From positions 1,647 through 65,646 of the forward strand of contig JAHIVW010000006.1 in assembly GCA_018816245.1 (NCBI GenBank): a stretch of 64,000 nt of DNA, written 5' to 3'. This document shows, in pieces, positions 25,393-34,026 of the stretch (positions are counted from its first letter, which is position 1; every line of letters starts with the position of its first letter). The notes under the pieces were generated by a model. It worked only from the letters and a program-made list of their open reading frames with translations. It had not been told where the DNA came from and did not search any database. The position numbers and the translations under genes were made by a program. This DNA is from Nanobdellota archaeon (GTDB lineage: Archaea; Aenigmatarchaeota; Aenigmatarchaeia; QMZP01).

Positions 25393-26471
25393 ACAATCAC
25401 CCGCTGAACAGCTGTTATAACTGTATCAAGATCATCGGCACAAAGCTGAGGATGAACAGGGAGTGAAAGAACCTCTTTTGTTGCTCGCTCTGCGATAGGA
25501 CATGATCCGCTAATCATCCATTGTTTATAGACTGGTTGATCGTAGAGAACACGCGGATAGTAGACGCGAGCATCAACACCTTCTCCTTTAAGTCTTTCTT
25601 GTATTTTATCTCTGTCTTCAGAAACGCGAATAGTGTACTGATGCCATGCATGTTCGCTTTCTGGTGAAACAAAAGGTACAGTGATACCTGTTCTCTGTTG
25701 TAGTCCTTTTGTCAACTGTTCTGCATTCGCTTTTCGTTGTTTCAACCAATCAGGGAGACGGGAGAGCTGGACCTTTCCAATCGCTGCTGCTATTTCAGTC
25801 ATTCGAAAATTAAATCCGAGTCGATGGTGTTCATATGGTTTTCGCTGTCCTTGGTTTCGAAGAGTGCGACAAATATCGGCAATAGACTCTTCTGATGTTG
25901 CAATCAAACCACCTTCACCCGTCGTGATATTTTTACTGGGGTAAAATGAAAAACAAGAGACAATTCCTTTGGTTCCTGTTTGTTTTCTTTTGTATGTTCC
26001 TCCAAGCGATTGTGCACAATCTTCAATGAGGAGGAGATCGTGTCGTGTACAAATTTGTTGTAATGCATCGAGATCGCACGGATGACCAAAAAGATGAACT
26101 GCAAGAATAGCCCTGGTTTTATCTGTGATCGAGGCTTCGACCTTCTTTGGATCGAGATTGAATGTTCGAGGATCGATATCGGCAAAAACTGGCATCGCCC
26201 GACGAGATAAAATAGCATTCGTTGTCGCTGCAAAACTCAGTGGTGTTGTAATAACTTCATCTCCTTCTTTAATTCCAACAGCTTCCAAAGCGAGCTGAAG
26301 CGCAGCAGTTCCCGAAGAAACAGCAATCGTATGTGAAACGCCAAGATACGATTGTAGAGCAGTCTCAAATGCTGTCACAGAAGATCCTTGGACAAGATTT
26401 CCGGAGCGGAGAACAGCAGTCACGGCAGCGATTTCTTCGTCGCCGAGCATCGGTTTTGAGATCGGAATCAT
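25389..26471 (-). CDS. DegT/DnrJ/EryC1/StrS PLP-dependent sugar aminotransferase (WbpE/WlbC-like)
   Basis: 360 aa. FSFYPSKNITTGEGG (PLP Lys), HLFGHPCD. Confidence 0.9.
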   Translation of the reverse strand: MIPISKPMLGDEEIAAVTAVLRSGNLVQGSSVTAFETALQSYLGVSHTIAVSSGTAALQLALEAVGIKEGDEVITTPLSFAATTNAILSRRAMPVFADIDPRTFNLDPKKVEASITDKTRAILAVHLFGHPCDLDALQQICTRHDLLLIEDCAQSLGGTYKRKQTGTKGIVSCFSFYPSKNITTGEGGLIATSEESIADICRTLRNQGQRKPYEHHRLGFNFRMTEIAAAIGKVQLSRLPDWLKQRKANAEQLTKGLQQRTGITVPFVSPESEHAWHQYTIRVSEDRDKIQERLKGEGVDARVYYPRVLYDQPVYKQWMISGSCPIAERATKEVLSLPVHPQLCADDLDTVITAVQRVIV

Positions 26472-26490
26472 AGTACAACCCAGTTCAAGA

Positions 26491-26503
26491 CCCTTTTAAA
26501 GGG
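26491..26503. promoter_or_regulatory. Palindromic TATA element CCCTTTTAAAGGG in a divergent intergenic region
   Basis: 24 nt upstream of the minus-strand ATG 26471. A second box, TTTATTAG (26520-26527), lies 22 nt upstream of the plus-strand ATG 26549. Confidence 0.45.
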
Positions 26504-26548
26504 CATGCCCAAATCAGCGTTTATTAGCCTTCTGAACTGGTGTTGTGT

Positions 26549-27241
26549 ATGTATCCCCAACAGGAACCCTTTGCCGATACCTCTATGAACGTCCATGAAA
26601 CGGTTCTTGATCTTCTTGGGAAGGGAACAGGCACAATTCTTGATGTAGGTGCAGGTTTTGGGGTCCTCGTAAAGATACTCAAAAAACATGGCTGGAAGGT
26701 GGCTGCATGCGAGGGAAATCCTGAGCGTGTGGAAAGCATCCAGAAATTCGGGATCCCAGTAAAACAACTCGACCTCAATACAATGAGGCTCCCTTACCCT
26801 GACGCGTCGTTCGATGCCGTGACCTGCATTGAAGTCATAGAACATATGAATGCCCCTTACTATTTGGTCCAAGAGCTTGGGCGTGTCCTGAAGCTTGGCG
26901 GGACTCTCATCATCACGACGCCGAACATACTCAATTGGTACTCCCGCTGGAAATTCTTCAAGGAAGGCTACTTCAACGAGTACTTCTCGGAAAAAGAGTA
27001 TTTAGAGCAAGGCGATCATCACGTGTCTCCAATCCACTTCTGGCAGCTCCGCTGGTTCCTTAAGGAAGCAGGCATGCAGGTAAAGACAGTGACAGCAAAC
27101 CAGTTTGCAGGGACGTTTAATACCAGCTCAGCAAAGATGCTTTTCTTTTCACTCCTTACCCTCCCAGTTCGCCCGTTTCTTCGTCCAGCTGACAAGGCGA
27201 TTCTCGAAGGGGACATCCTCGTCGTCAAAGCAGTGAAGTAG
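26549..27241 (+). CDS. Class I SAM-dependent methyltransferase
   Basis: ILDVGAGFGVL (motif I), FDAVTCIEVIEHM, GGTLIITTPNILNWYSR. It is a paralog of 35564..36235. The ORF track starts at GTG 26540. Confidence 0.8.
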   Translation: MYPQQEPFADTSMNVHETVLDLLGKGTGTILDVGAGFGVLVKILKKHGWKVAACEGNPERVESIQKFGIPVKQLDLNTMRLPYPDASFDAVTCIEVIEHMNAPYYLVQELGRVLKLGGTLIITTPNILNWYSRWKFFKEGYFNEYFSEKEYLEQGDHHVSPIHFWQLRWFLKEAGMQVKTVTANQFAGTFNTSSAKMLFFSLLTLPVRPFLRPADKAILEGDILVVKAVK

Positions 27242-27259
27242 TCATACTTGGTCATACTT
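27241..27259 (+). repeat. Tandem direct repeat GTCATACTT-G-GTCATACTT abutting the TATA box
   Basis: Two exact 9-mers with 10-bp phasing, at 27241-27249 and 27251-27259, immediately upstream of TTTTATAAA (27258-27266). Confidence 0.6.
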
Positions 27260-27266
27260 TTATAAA
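27258..27266 (+). promoter_or_regulatory. TATA box (TTTTATAAA) for the RHH-nucleotidyltransferase gene
   Basis: Ends 22 nt upstream of ATG 27288. Confidence 0.45.
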
Positions 27267-27287
27267 CCCAATCCGCTACTACCTCTC

Positions 27288-28094
27288 ATGAAGTCCAAGA
27301 TTGCCATTACTGTCGACGAGCATCTTCTTTCACGGATTGACGCACAACGGGGCCTGAAAAGCCGCTCAGGCTATATTGAGGCCCTTCTTCGCGAAGGAGC
27401 CACTTCACGGGGGATAAGAAATGCTGTCATCCTGGCAGGCGGGGAGGGAACTCGCCTTCGACCGATCACCTATGAGATCCCCAAACCTCTTGTCCCAGTG
27501 AATGGGAAGGCAATAATTACACGGCAGATTGAGATGCTCCAGCGAGCAGGGATCGATAACATCATTGTTGCAACTCACTACAAGGCTGACAAGGTCAAGG
27601 CTGCTGTTGGAAAAGGAGTCACCTTCGTGGACGAGAGCAAGCCCATGGGTACAGGAGGCGCCCTCCTCGGTGCCAAGGACCACCTTTCTGACCGGTTCCT
27701 CGTGATGAACGGTGACCTTCTCTTCAAACCACTTCCGAACATCCCTGGTATGGATGCGTTTCACATAGAGCGAAAGAGCTTCGCGAGCTTCCTCGTGACC
27801 ATGCGGCCGGACGTCTCCCGGTTTGGGAGAATCACGCTTGCTGATGATGGGAAGATCACTGACTTCACAGAAAAGCCTCCAGAGGGAGGGGCCGGGCTAA
27901 TATCCGTTGGGATGTATATTTTCGAACCTGGTATCTTCGACTATATCAAGGGCAAAGCAAGCCTTGAACACGATGTCTTCCCTAAGATCCAGAAGGAGCA
28001 CCCTACCTTTGGCTACTTCTATGATGGAAAGATGTTCGATGTCGGGACCTTCGAAGAGTACGAGCGCGCGATCAAAGAATGGACAGTTGAGTAG
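27288..28094 (+). CDS. Ribbon-helix-helix (CopG-like) domain fused to a sugar-1-phosphate nucleotidyltransferase
   Basis: The N-terminus KSKIAITVDEHLLSRIDAQRGLKSRSGYIEALLREG has the RHH beta-alpha-alpha pattern. It is followed by AVILAGGEGTRLRPITYEIPKPLVPV, the NTP_transferase G-x-G-T-R-L signature. Confidence 0.82.
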   Translation: MKSKIAITVDEHLLSRIDAQRGLKSRSGYIEALLREGATSRGIRNAVILAGGEGTRLRPITYEIPKPLVPVNGKAIITRQIEMLQRAGIDNIIVATHYKADKVKAAVGKGVTFVDESKPMGTGGALLGAKDHLSDRFLVMNGDLLFKPLPNIPGMDAFHIERKSFASFLVTMRPDVSRFGRITLADDGKITDFTEKPPEGGAGLISVGMYIFEPGIFDYIKGKASLEHDVFPKIQKEHPTFGYFYDGKMFDVGTFEEYERAIKEWTVE

Positions 28095-28131
28095 GGGCAA
28101 CACTTTTAACTGCACTGAGAATGGAAGGTGT

Positions 28132-29214
28132 ATGATCCGTGTCTTGGTTTTAGGAAGCAAGGAGTACCCCCGAGATTCGCTTGACAAGTATGACGATCCT
28201 GCACCATCCGGCGGCATGGAGTTGTATATTGACCAGCTTTTGGGCCATCTCTCGAAGGACGACCGATTCCAGTTCACAGTAATTACACGGAGAGGTCACA
28301 AGGTTCCGAACCAGGAGACATGGGGTGGAGTTCGCATCTTTCGTGTGCCGTTCTTGCGCGGCTACTTCCGGAGGAACATGACGTTCAATCTCATGGCCTT
28401 TTTTACAGCACTCAGAACACCGACTGACATCCTGTTTACCCATGGAGAATTCGGTAACTTCTTTGGACTGCTTGCTGCAAAACTGAAACGCAAACCAATT
28501 GTAATGGTCTGCCACGGCAGAGCGTCACTGCAACCACAATACAACGGTTTTGTGAAGAAGATATTTTCCTTAATTGACCGGTTCACGTATCCTCGTGCCA
28601 CGGCCGTAGCAACACACACTCCACAACAACTCAGGGAAATCACGACATCGTTCACAATCATTTATCCAGGACTCAATGAAACAACAAAACCAGCACCCTC
28701 AAAACAGCAAGACACCAAGACGATTCTCTTTGTTGGCCGACTCATTAACGTGAAGGGTGTTGATGTCTTGCTTGACGCGCTCCCAAAACTGAAAACAAAG
28801 GCAACCTGTTTCATTGTTGGTGACGGCCCGAAACGGCAAACTTACGAAGAACATGCGAGACGGCTTGGTCTCCCTGTCCGGTTCATGGGCTATCGGAAAG
28901 ACGTTCCTTCGTTCCTTTCAACTGCGGGTGTCTTCGTTATGTCCTCGTACAGCGAGTCGCTCAACTATGCCATGCTGGAAGCTGCTGCAGCAGGGGTTCC
29001 CATCGTTGCAACTGACATCGGGATTCTCCCGGCAGATGCTGGGTTTCTCGTTCCTCCCGGCAACCCTGAGAAGCTTGCCGAGGCACTTGACGCAATGCTT
29101 GCTGATACTAAGCTCCGAAACTCCTGTATTGCTGGAGCAAAAAAATTCATTACAAAATTCTCATGGAAAAGAGCATCAGAACAGTTTGCTGACCTGTTCA
29201 TGAAGGTGACGTAA
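28132..29214 (+). CDS. GT4-family glycosyltransferase
   Basis: The ORF starts at 27907 but overlaps the upstream gene, so ATG 28132 (MIRVLVLGS) is used. EX7E region: SYSESLNYAMLEAAAAGVPIVATDIG. Confidence 0.85.
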   Translation: MIRVLVLGSKEYPRDSLDKYDDPAPSGGMELYIDQLLGHLSKDDRFQFTVITRRGHKVPNQETWGGVRIFRVPFLRGYFRRNMTFNLMAFFTALRTPTDILFTHGEFGNFFGLLAAKLKRKPIVMVCHGRASLQPQYNGFVKKIFSLIDRFTYPRATAVATHTPQQLREITTSFTIIYPGLNETTKPAPSKQQDTKTILFVGRLINVKGVDVLLDALPKLKTKATCFIVGDGPKRQTYEEHARRLGLPVRFMGYRKDVPSFLSTAGVFVMSSYSESLNYAMLEAAAAGVPIVATDIGILPADAGFLVPPGNPEKLAEALDAMLADTKLRNSCIAGAKKFITKFSWKRASEQFADLFMKVT

Positions 29215-29215
29215 T

Positions 29216-30310
29216 ATGCGTATCCTTATGATCTGTCCATTGTTGTCGAGTTCATCATTCATCACTACCTATCCAATGGTTAAGGCACTTGAACGGGATC
29301 ATGAGGTGACAATCCTTGGTCCGACGTTCGGCAAGCCGTTGTACATCAAGGACGACTCGCTCCGCATTGTTACCATTGAGCCAATAGTTCGCCATCCGAT
29401 GCAAGCAGGATATCTTTCCCTCCTCCCGAAGGTGAAAGCATACCTGAAGAAACACGCAAATGAGTATGATGTTGTACATGCATTCAAGCCGGTTTTCCAC
29501 ACCGGATACGCTGCCGCAAAAGCAAAGGAAGAAACACGAAAACCACTCGTTCTCTCGATTGATGACTATGACCAAATTGCTTCAAAGAATTGGATGAAGC
29601 GTTCCCTCCTTTCAATTGCAGCTCGTTCTGTGAAACAGGCGGACGCGATCACCGTCTCCTCCAGTCAATTGCAGCAGGTTTATGGAGGAACGGTCATAAG
29701 ACAAGTCGCTTGTGAACCAGCATTCAAGAGGCGGCAACCAGAGAGGAAACGAATCAGAAAGAAGTATAATATTGAAGACAAAATTGTTATTTTCCATGGA
29801 GGAACCTTCTATCCCCACAAGGGAATCGATATACTCATCAGGGCTGTTCAGAAACTCAAGGAGCGCGGTCACAATGTTGCCCTCCTCCTTGCTGGAGAAC
29901 CAATCGGTCCCTACCGGTCCCTCGCTCGTGATGAAACGATTTTTTGTGGAATGGTCCCGATGGAAGAGATGCCCGACTATGTCGCAGCCTGCGATATCTA
30001 TGCAATTCCAACAAGAGATACACCGTACGCACGCGCCGAGATTCCTGCGAAGATTTTTGAGCCAATGATGCTTGGCAAGGCGATTGTTGCGAGTAGCATT
30101 TCTGACATTCCAGAATTGCTCGATCATGGGAATGCCGGCGTCTTGAGCAGACCGGACAGCGTTCACGATCTCACCATAAAACTCGAGGAACTTATCACTG
30201 ATAGGGACCTTCGTGTGGCTGTCGGTCGGAACGCGAAAAAACGCTATGACAAGAACTACAGTTACGATGTTATCGCCCGGCAGTTGAAAGTTGTTTACAA
30301 GAATTTCTAA
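29216..30310 (+). CDS. GT4-family glycosyltransferase
   Basis: 364 aa with a GT-B C-terminal domain. AEIPAKIFEPMMLGKAIVAS. Confidence 0.82.
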   Translation: MRILMICPLLSSSSFITTYPMVKALERDHEVTILGPTFGKPLYIKDDSLRIVTIEPIVRHPMQAGYLSLLPKVKAYLKKHANEYDVVHAFKPVFHTGYAAAKAKEETRKPLVLSIDDYDQIASKNWMKRSLLSIAARSVKQADAITVSSSQLQQVYGGTVIRQVACEPAFKRRQPERKRIRKKYNIEDKIVIFHGGTFYPHKGIDILIRAVQKLKERGHNVALLLAGEPIGPYRSLARDETIFCGMVPMEEMPDYVAACDIYAIPTRDTPYARAEIPAKIFEPMMLGKAIVASSISDIPELLDHGNAGVLSRPDSVHDLTIKLEELITDRDLRVAVGRNAKKRYDKNYSYDVIARQLKVVYKNF

Positions 30311-31377
30311 CGACCAAGGACAGCTTCATACACATTGATGGTGTTCTTGGCGCACGCATTCCAACTCATTTGTTTTGCTCGTTCGAGTCCCCGCTTGCTC
30401 AACTGCTTCCGAAGTATGGGTTGTTTCACTAGTAGTTCAATCTCGCGAGCAAGTGATTCAATACTTGGTTCTGCCAGCAAGCCCGCGTCACCCACAACTT
30501 CAGGCATGCTGGTTGTATTCAGCGCGACAACAGGGATGCCGCACGCCATGGCCTCGAGTGCCATCATTCCAAACCCTTCTTTCAGCGTTGGAAACACGAA
30601 GATATCAAGCGAATTGTAAAACGGAACAACGCGCTCGTCTGGAAGAAATCCATAAAATGTTGCCTGGGGGAGATTCATTGCCTTGAATCGTGGTAGGTTG
30701 GCACCAGAACCGGCGATGTGAAGTTCAATGTCGTTACGTGATTGTGCAAGGAGTTTGTACGCCTCAAGAAGCATGGAAATATTTTTCCTGCTATCGAGCC
30801 CTCCCAGATACCCGATGCGGACTCGTTCATGATCCTGTTTTGGAAGCGGTTTGTAGTAGTCCGTATCAACTCCGTTATAGACAACATGAATCTGTTCTTC
30901 AGGAATATTTGCATAAACAACTGCATCTTGTTTCGCATCGTTTGACATTGCAATCAGAGCATCTGCAGAGCGGCACGCATCAAAGCAACGGAAATAGAAT
31001 TTCCGTTTGATCTTATTTGCAAGGCTCATGGTTTTTGTATCTTGCTGGAATGGATACGCATCATGGAACGAAACAACACGAGGCTTGTTTTTGGGGAGTG
31101 CAGCACCACTCACAATATAATCTGCATGAAAAACATCCGCTGAGACGTTCTTGAGTGCCCGTGCCAGGAATGTTGGATAGATGAGCCAGCTCACCTTCGG
31201 TGAGCGAACCGGATGGATCCACGGTATTCCTGTGAAGTGATCGTCTCGAATATAGAGGTGGACATCCTGTTGCTGATTCCGGAGTCCACCAACAAGTCCC
31301 CATAGATAGCTTGCAATACTTGGGATTGCTGAGACCCCTGTTCCGGGAATGGTATACCCCACTAAGGCAATTTTCAT
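30307..31377 (-). CDS. GT4-family glycosyltransferase
   Basis: 356 aa. PTLKEGFGMMALEAMACGIPVVA (EX7E). Confidence 0.85.
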   Translation of the reverse strand: MKIALVGYTIPGTGVSAIPSIASYLWGLVGGLRNQQQDVHLYIRDDHFTGIPWIHPVRSPKVSWLIYPTFLARALKNVSADVFHADYIVSGAALPKNKPRVVSFHDAYPFQQDTKTMSLANKIKRKFYFRCFDACRSADALIAMSNDAKQDAVVYANIPEEQIHVVYNGVDTDYYKPLPKQDHERVRIGYLGGLDSRKNISMLLEAYKLLAQSRNDIELHIAGSGANLPRFKAMNLPQATFYGFLPDERVVPFYNSLDIFVFPTLKEGFGMMALEAMACGIPVVALNTTSMPEVVGDAGLLAEPSIESLAREIELLVKQPILRKQLSKRGLERAKQMSWNACAKNTINVYEAVLGR

Positions 31378-31441
31378 ATGGTCACCAATTTGGGTGGAAT
31401 TGCCGGATTCAGTTTATAAACATCCCCCCACATGTTTTTGC

Positions 31442-32455
31442 ATGTCTCGACTCTCCCCAATCACAACACTTGCCCCATTCTACCCTGTTGTTGTGCAACG
31501 ACCAAGAGAGGATTTCTTCTCTCTCACGAAGGAACTCACGGATGGTCCGATCATTTCAGCTCAAGGAAAGTCGTTTCTTTCTGTGATCAGATCACTTTGG
31601 GGAAAGAATGTTCATGCTCATGGCCGGGGGTTCCCATTCCCTGAAGCAGCTGCCCTCTTTTCTCGAAAAGCGGTCTATACCCCCCATAACGATATTGTCG
31701 GTAGTCAGACCCTCGCGCGTCTGGTTCGTCGTTTCCTTTTCAACCGATACGAAAAAATTGTGTGTCAGACAACGTACGGAAAGGAGTCGTTCATCAAGGA
31801 AGGACTCAATCCAGACAAACTTATTGTGATTCCAAGTGCGGTTGATTATGAATTTTTCTCACAGCCTCGTGGGGGAGAGATATTCAGGAAGCGGTTCGGA
31901 CTCGGATCAAAGCCATTTGCCATCTCGATAGGGATAAGACCACTGAAACATCCCGACGTCATTGTTGATGCATGCAAACAGGCGGGCATCCCGATTGTGT
32001 TTATCGGGCCGGCAACCCCCGAGGACGTTAAGAATACATGGAAACAGGAAGGGTTTGGGTGGTACATTCCAAATATTGAAGCGCTTAAACAAGATCATGT
32101 GATCTTTGCCGGACAGCTCAGTGCAGAAGAAGTACTGAGAGCGTTTGATGCAGCTACATTGTACATCAACTCTTCGTTGTATGAATGTTTCGGACTCGCA
32201 GTATACGAAGCGGCAGCATCGGGGCTTCCGCTCTGTCTTCCTGATTACAGAAGTTTTGACGGATTCCGTTCGTGTGCCTTGTTCCATCCATGTAAGGATA
32301 GCAAGGTATTAGCAGAGAACATTCGGATATATCTTGATAATCATGAGCTCCGAAAGAGAAATGGAAAAGCAGCGAAGCAGATTGCAGCACGCGTTGACTA
32401 TTCCCATGTGAAGGAGCAGTTTGAAGTGTTCTATGCCGCTGTGTTTGGTGATTGA
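31442..32455 (+). CDS. GT4-family glycosyltransferase
   Basis: The ORF starts at 31349 but overlaps the divergent gene. ATG 31442 lies 22 nt after TATA TTTATAAA (31413-31420). SSLYECFGLAVYEAAASGLP. Confidence 0.75.
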   Translation: MSRLSPITTLAPFYPVVVQRPREDFFSLTKELTDGPIISAQGKSFLSVIRSLWGKNVHAHGRGFPFPEAAALFSRKAVYTPHNDIVGSQTLARLVRRFLFNRYEKIVCQTTYGKESFIKEGLNPDKLIVIPSAVDYEFFSQPRGGEIFRKRFGLGSKPFAISIGIRPLKHPDVIVDACKQAGIPIVFIGPATPEDVKNTWKQEGFGWYIPNIEALKQDHVIFAGQLSAEEVLRAFDAATLYINSSLYECFGLAVYEAAASGLPLCLPDYRSFDGFRSCALFHPCKDSKVLAENIRIYLDNHELRKRNGKAAKQIAARVDYSHVKEQFEVFYAAVFGD

Positions 32456-32457
32456 GT

Positions 32458-33012
32458 ATGGGATTCAACATCTTTGGTGAATTGAAGGTGATCTGGGATC
32501 ATTACCGGTTCCGCGTCATCAAAAGAACCCGTCCACTACACGTCCACACAGAAGCACTATACAAGGATACTGTGTGGAAGCGTGTCCAAGATTTTGTGAA
32601 CTCGGGAAAGTCAGCAATCTGGTATTGTCTCACGCCGGTGAACTATGACTATATCAAGGTCGAACTTGGGTGTCACCTTTCGAAAGAAGAATACGAGAAA
32701 ACAATTATCGAACGATACCGGTGGCTTGCGGCGCACGGACAGAAGATTCAGCTTCACGTTCACATGCGCGTCCTTCCGCAACTCTATGAAACGCAGCAGG
32801 AATCCCGGGCCTTTCAGGAGGAGAAACTCTCTTGGGCAGTCGAATGGATGAAGAAGCACGGGTTCCTTATGTCAGAACTTGTTTATGGGTGGTGGTCAGA
32901 AGACGAGAATTCTCGATTCCTCGCGAAGAAACACAACCTTGCGCTTCAGAATCGTTTTGAGCACTACTATATCCACGATTACGACTTCTTGTTGAACCCA
33001 AATCCAATTTAG
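32458..33012 (+). CDS. Hypothetical protein inside the glycan cluster
   Basis: 184 aa from ATG 32458 (the track starts at TTG 32452). It has two xLHVHxx motifs. No family recognised. Confidence 0.5.
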   Translation: MGFNIFGELKVIWDHYRFRVIKRTRPLHVHTEALYKDTVWKRVQDFVNSGKSAIWYCLTPVNYDYIKVELGCHLSKEEYEKTIIERYRWLAAHGQKIQLHVHMRVLPQLYETQQESRAFQEEKLSWAVEWMKKHGFLMSELVYGWWSEDENSRFLAKKHNLALQNRFEHYYIHDYDFLLNPNPI

Positions 33013-34025
33013 CGACACCGTTCGACGCACGGGACATCAAAGACCTTGAAGCTCGCTTGGATGAGGCGATCAACGATTTTCCCTCCAGGAACACCTTCGG
33101 GAACAACACGACAGCTAAGCCATGGGAGAATTCGTTCATCAGGAACTTTCCGCATTCGTTGAATCTCTCTTCGTTTCTTCATGACCGTTCTCGGATGAGT
33201 GAGAAGCCAGCCGTATGCACGAAGCAGCGGAGTAACACTCTTCCTCCTAGAAAGTGCGCGTTTCCAGAGAAGGAGAGACGTCACCAAGAGTTGTGCAGGC
33301 AACAGGGCAGCGATGGACCGTCTTTCAAAATACAAGAGGAAGTTCAAGAAACGATTCCGTTCTCCTAAGTATTGAAAATAATTTGAGATCAACGGATTCG
33401 TGACCGATGATGTCCCTTCATGTAAGACAATAGCCTTCGGGGCGCGTTTGATAGTATATCCGAGCAGACGGAGCTTCCATCCAAGCGAAACATCTTCGCT
33501 ATAGAAGAAGTAATCAGAATCACAGTATTCAGGAAGAGAACCACGTTTGATGAACATCGAACACGTTCCTGAATAGAACTTATTCTCCTCGTTTCGAAAA
33601 ACATCTTTCGTGTTGAAACAAAGAAGGTTGAGCGAACCGTTGATCACTCCAACGTTTCCATGGTGATGGACAGCACCTTCAATGCAGACAACCCGTTTAT
33701 CGTGCATTTGCATAGCTTTGTGGAATTCATCAAGCCAATGAGAATCAGGGACAGCATCATTATGAAGTGATGCAATATATTCACCTTTCGCCACAGTGAA
33801 GACTTGATTCGTCGCCTTCGCAATTCCTTGATTCGTCTCGTTTTCAATAACCCGAACCTTCGGAAAGAATTTTTTGACAAACGCAACCGATCCATCCGTT
33901 GAACCGTTATCAAGGAGGACAACTTCGTACCGAGGATATGTCTGGGTAAACACACCGTTAAGACACTCTTTGAGATACTCCTTTCCGTTCCAGTTGACGA
34001 TTGCAACAGTAATGAGTGGCTTCAT
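33009..34025 (-). CDS. GT2-family glycosyltransferase
   Basis: VAIVNWNGKEYLKECLNGVFTQTYPRYEVVLLDNGSTDGS. Confidence 0.85.
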   Translation of the reverse strand: MKPLITVAIVNWNGKEYLKECLNGVFTQTYPRYEVVLLDNGSTDGSVAFVKKFFPKVRVIENETNQGIAKATNQVFTVAKGEYIASLHNDAVPDSHWLDEFHKAMQMHDKRVVCIEGAVHHHGNVGVINGSLNLLCFNTKDVFRNEENKFYSGTCSMFIKRGSLPEYCDSDYFFYSEDVSLGWKLRLLGYTIKRAPKAIVLHEGTSSVTNPLISNYFQYLGERNRFLNFLLYFERRSIAALLPAQLLVTSLLLWKRALSRRKSVTPLLRAYGWLLTHPRTVMKKRREIQRMRKVPDERILPWLSCRVVPEGVPGGKIVDRLIQASFKVFDVPCVERCR

Positions 34026-34026
34026 G

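Noticed and set aside
26468-26872. A 134-aa minus-strand ORF whose TGA overlaps the ATG of the DegT gene as ATGA, which looks operonic.
   Set aside because: It overlaps 330 nt of the plus-strand methyltransferase. That gene has clear SAM-binding motifs and a paralog at 35564. The minus ORF has no recognisable motif, and a TATA box sits at the right distance for a leaderless DegT start. The ATGA overlap is taken as coincidence.
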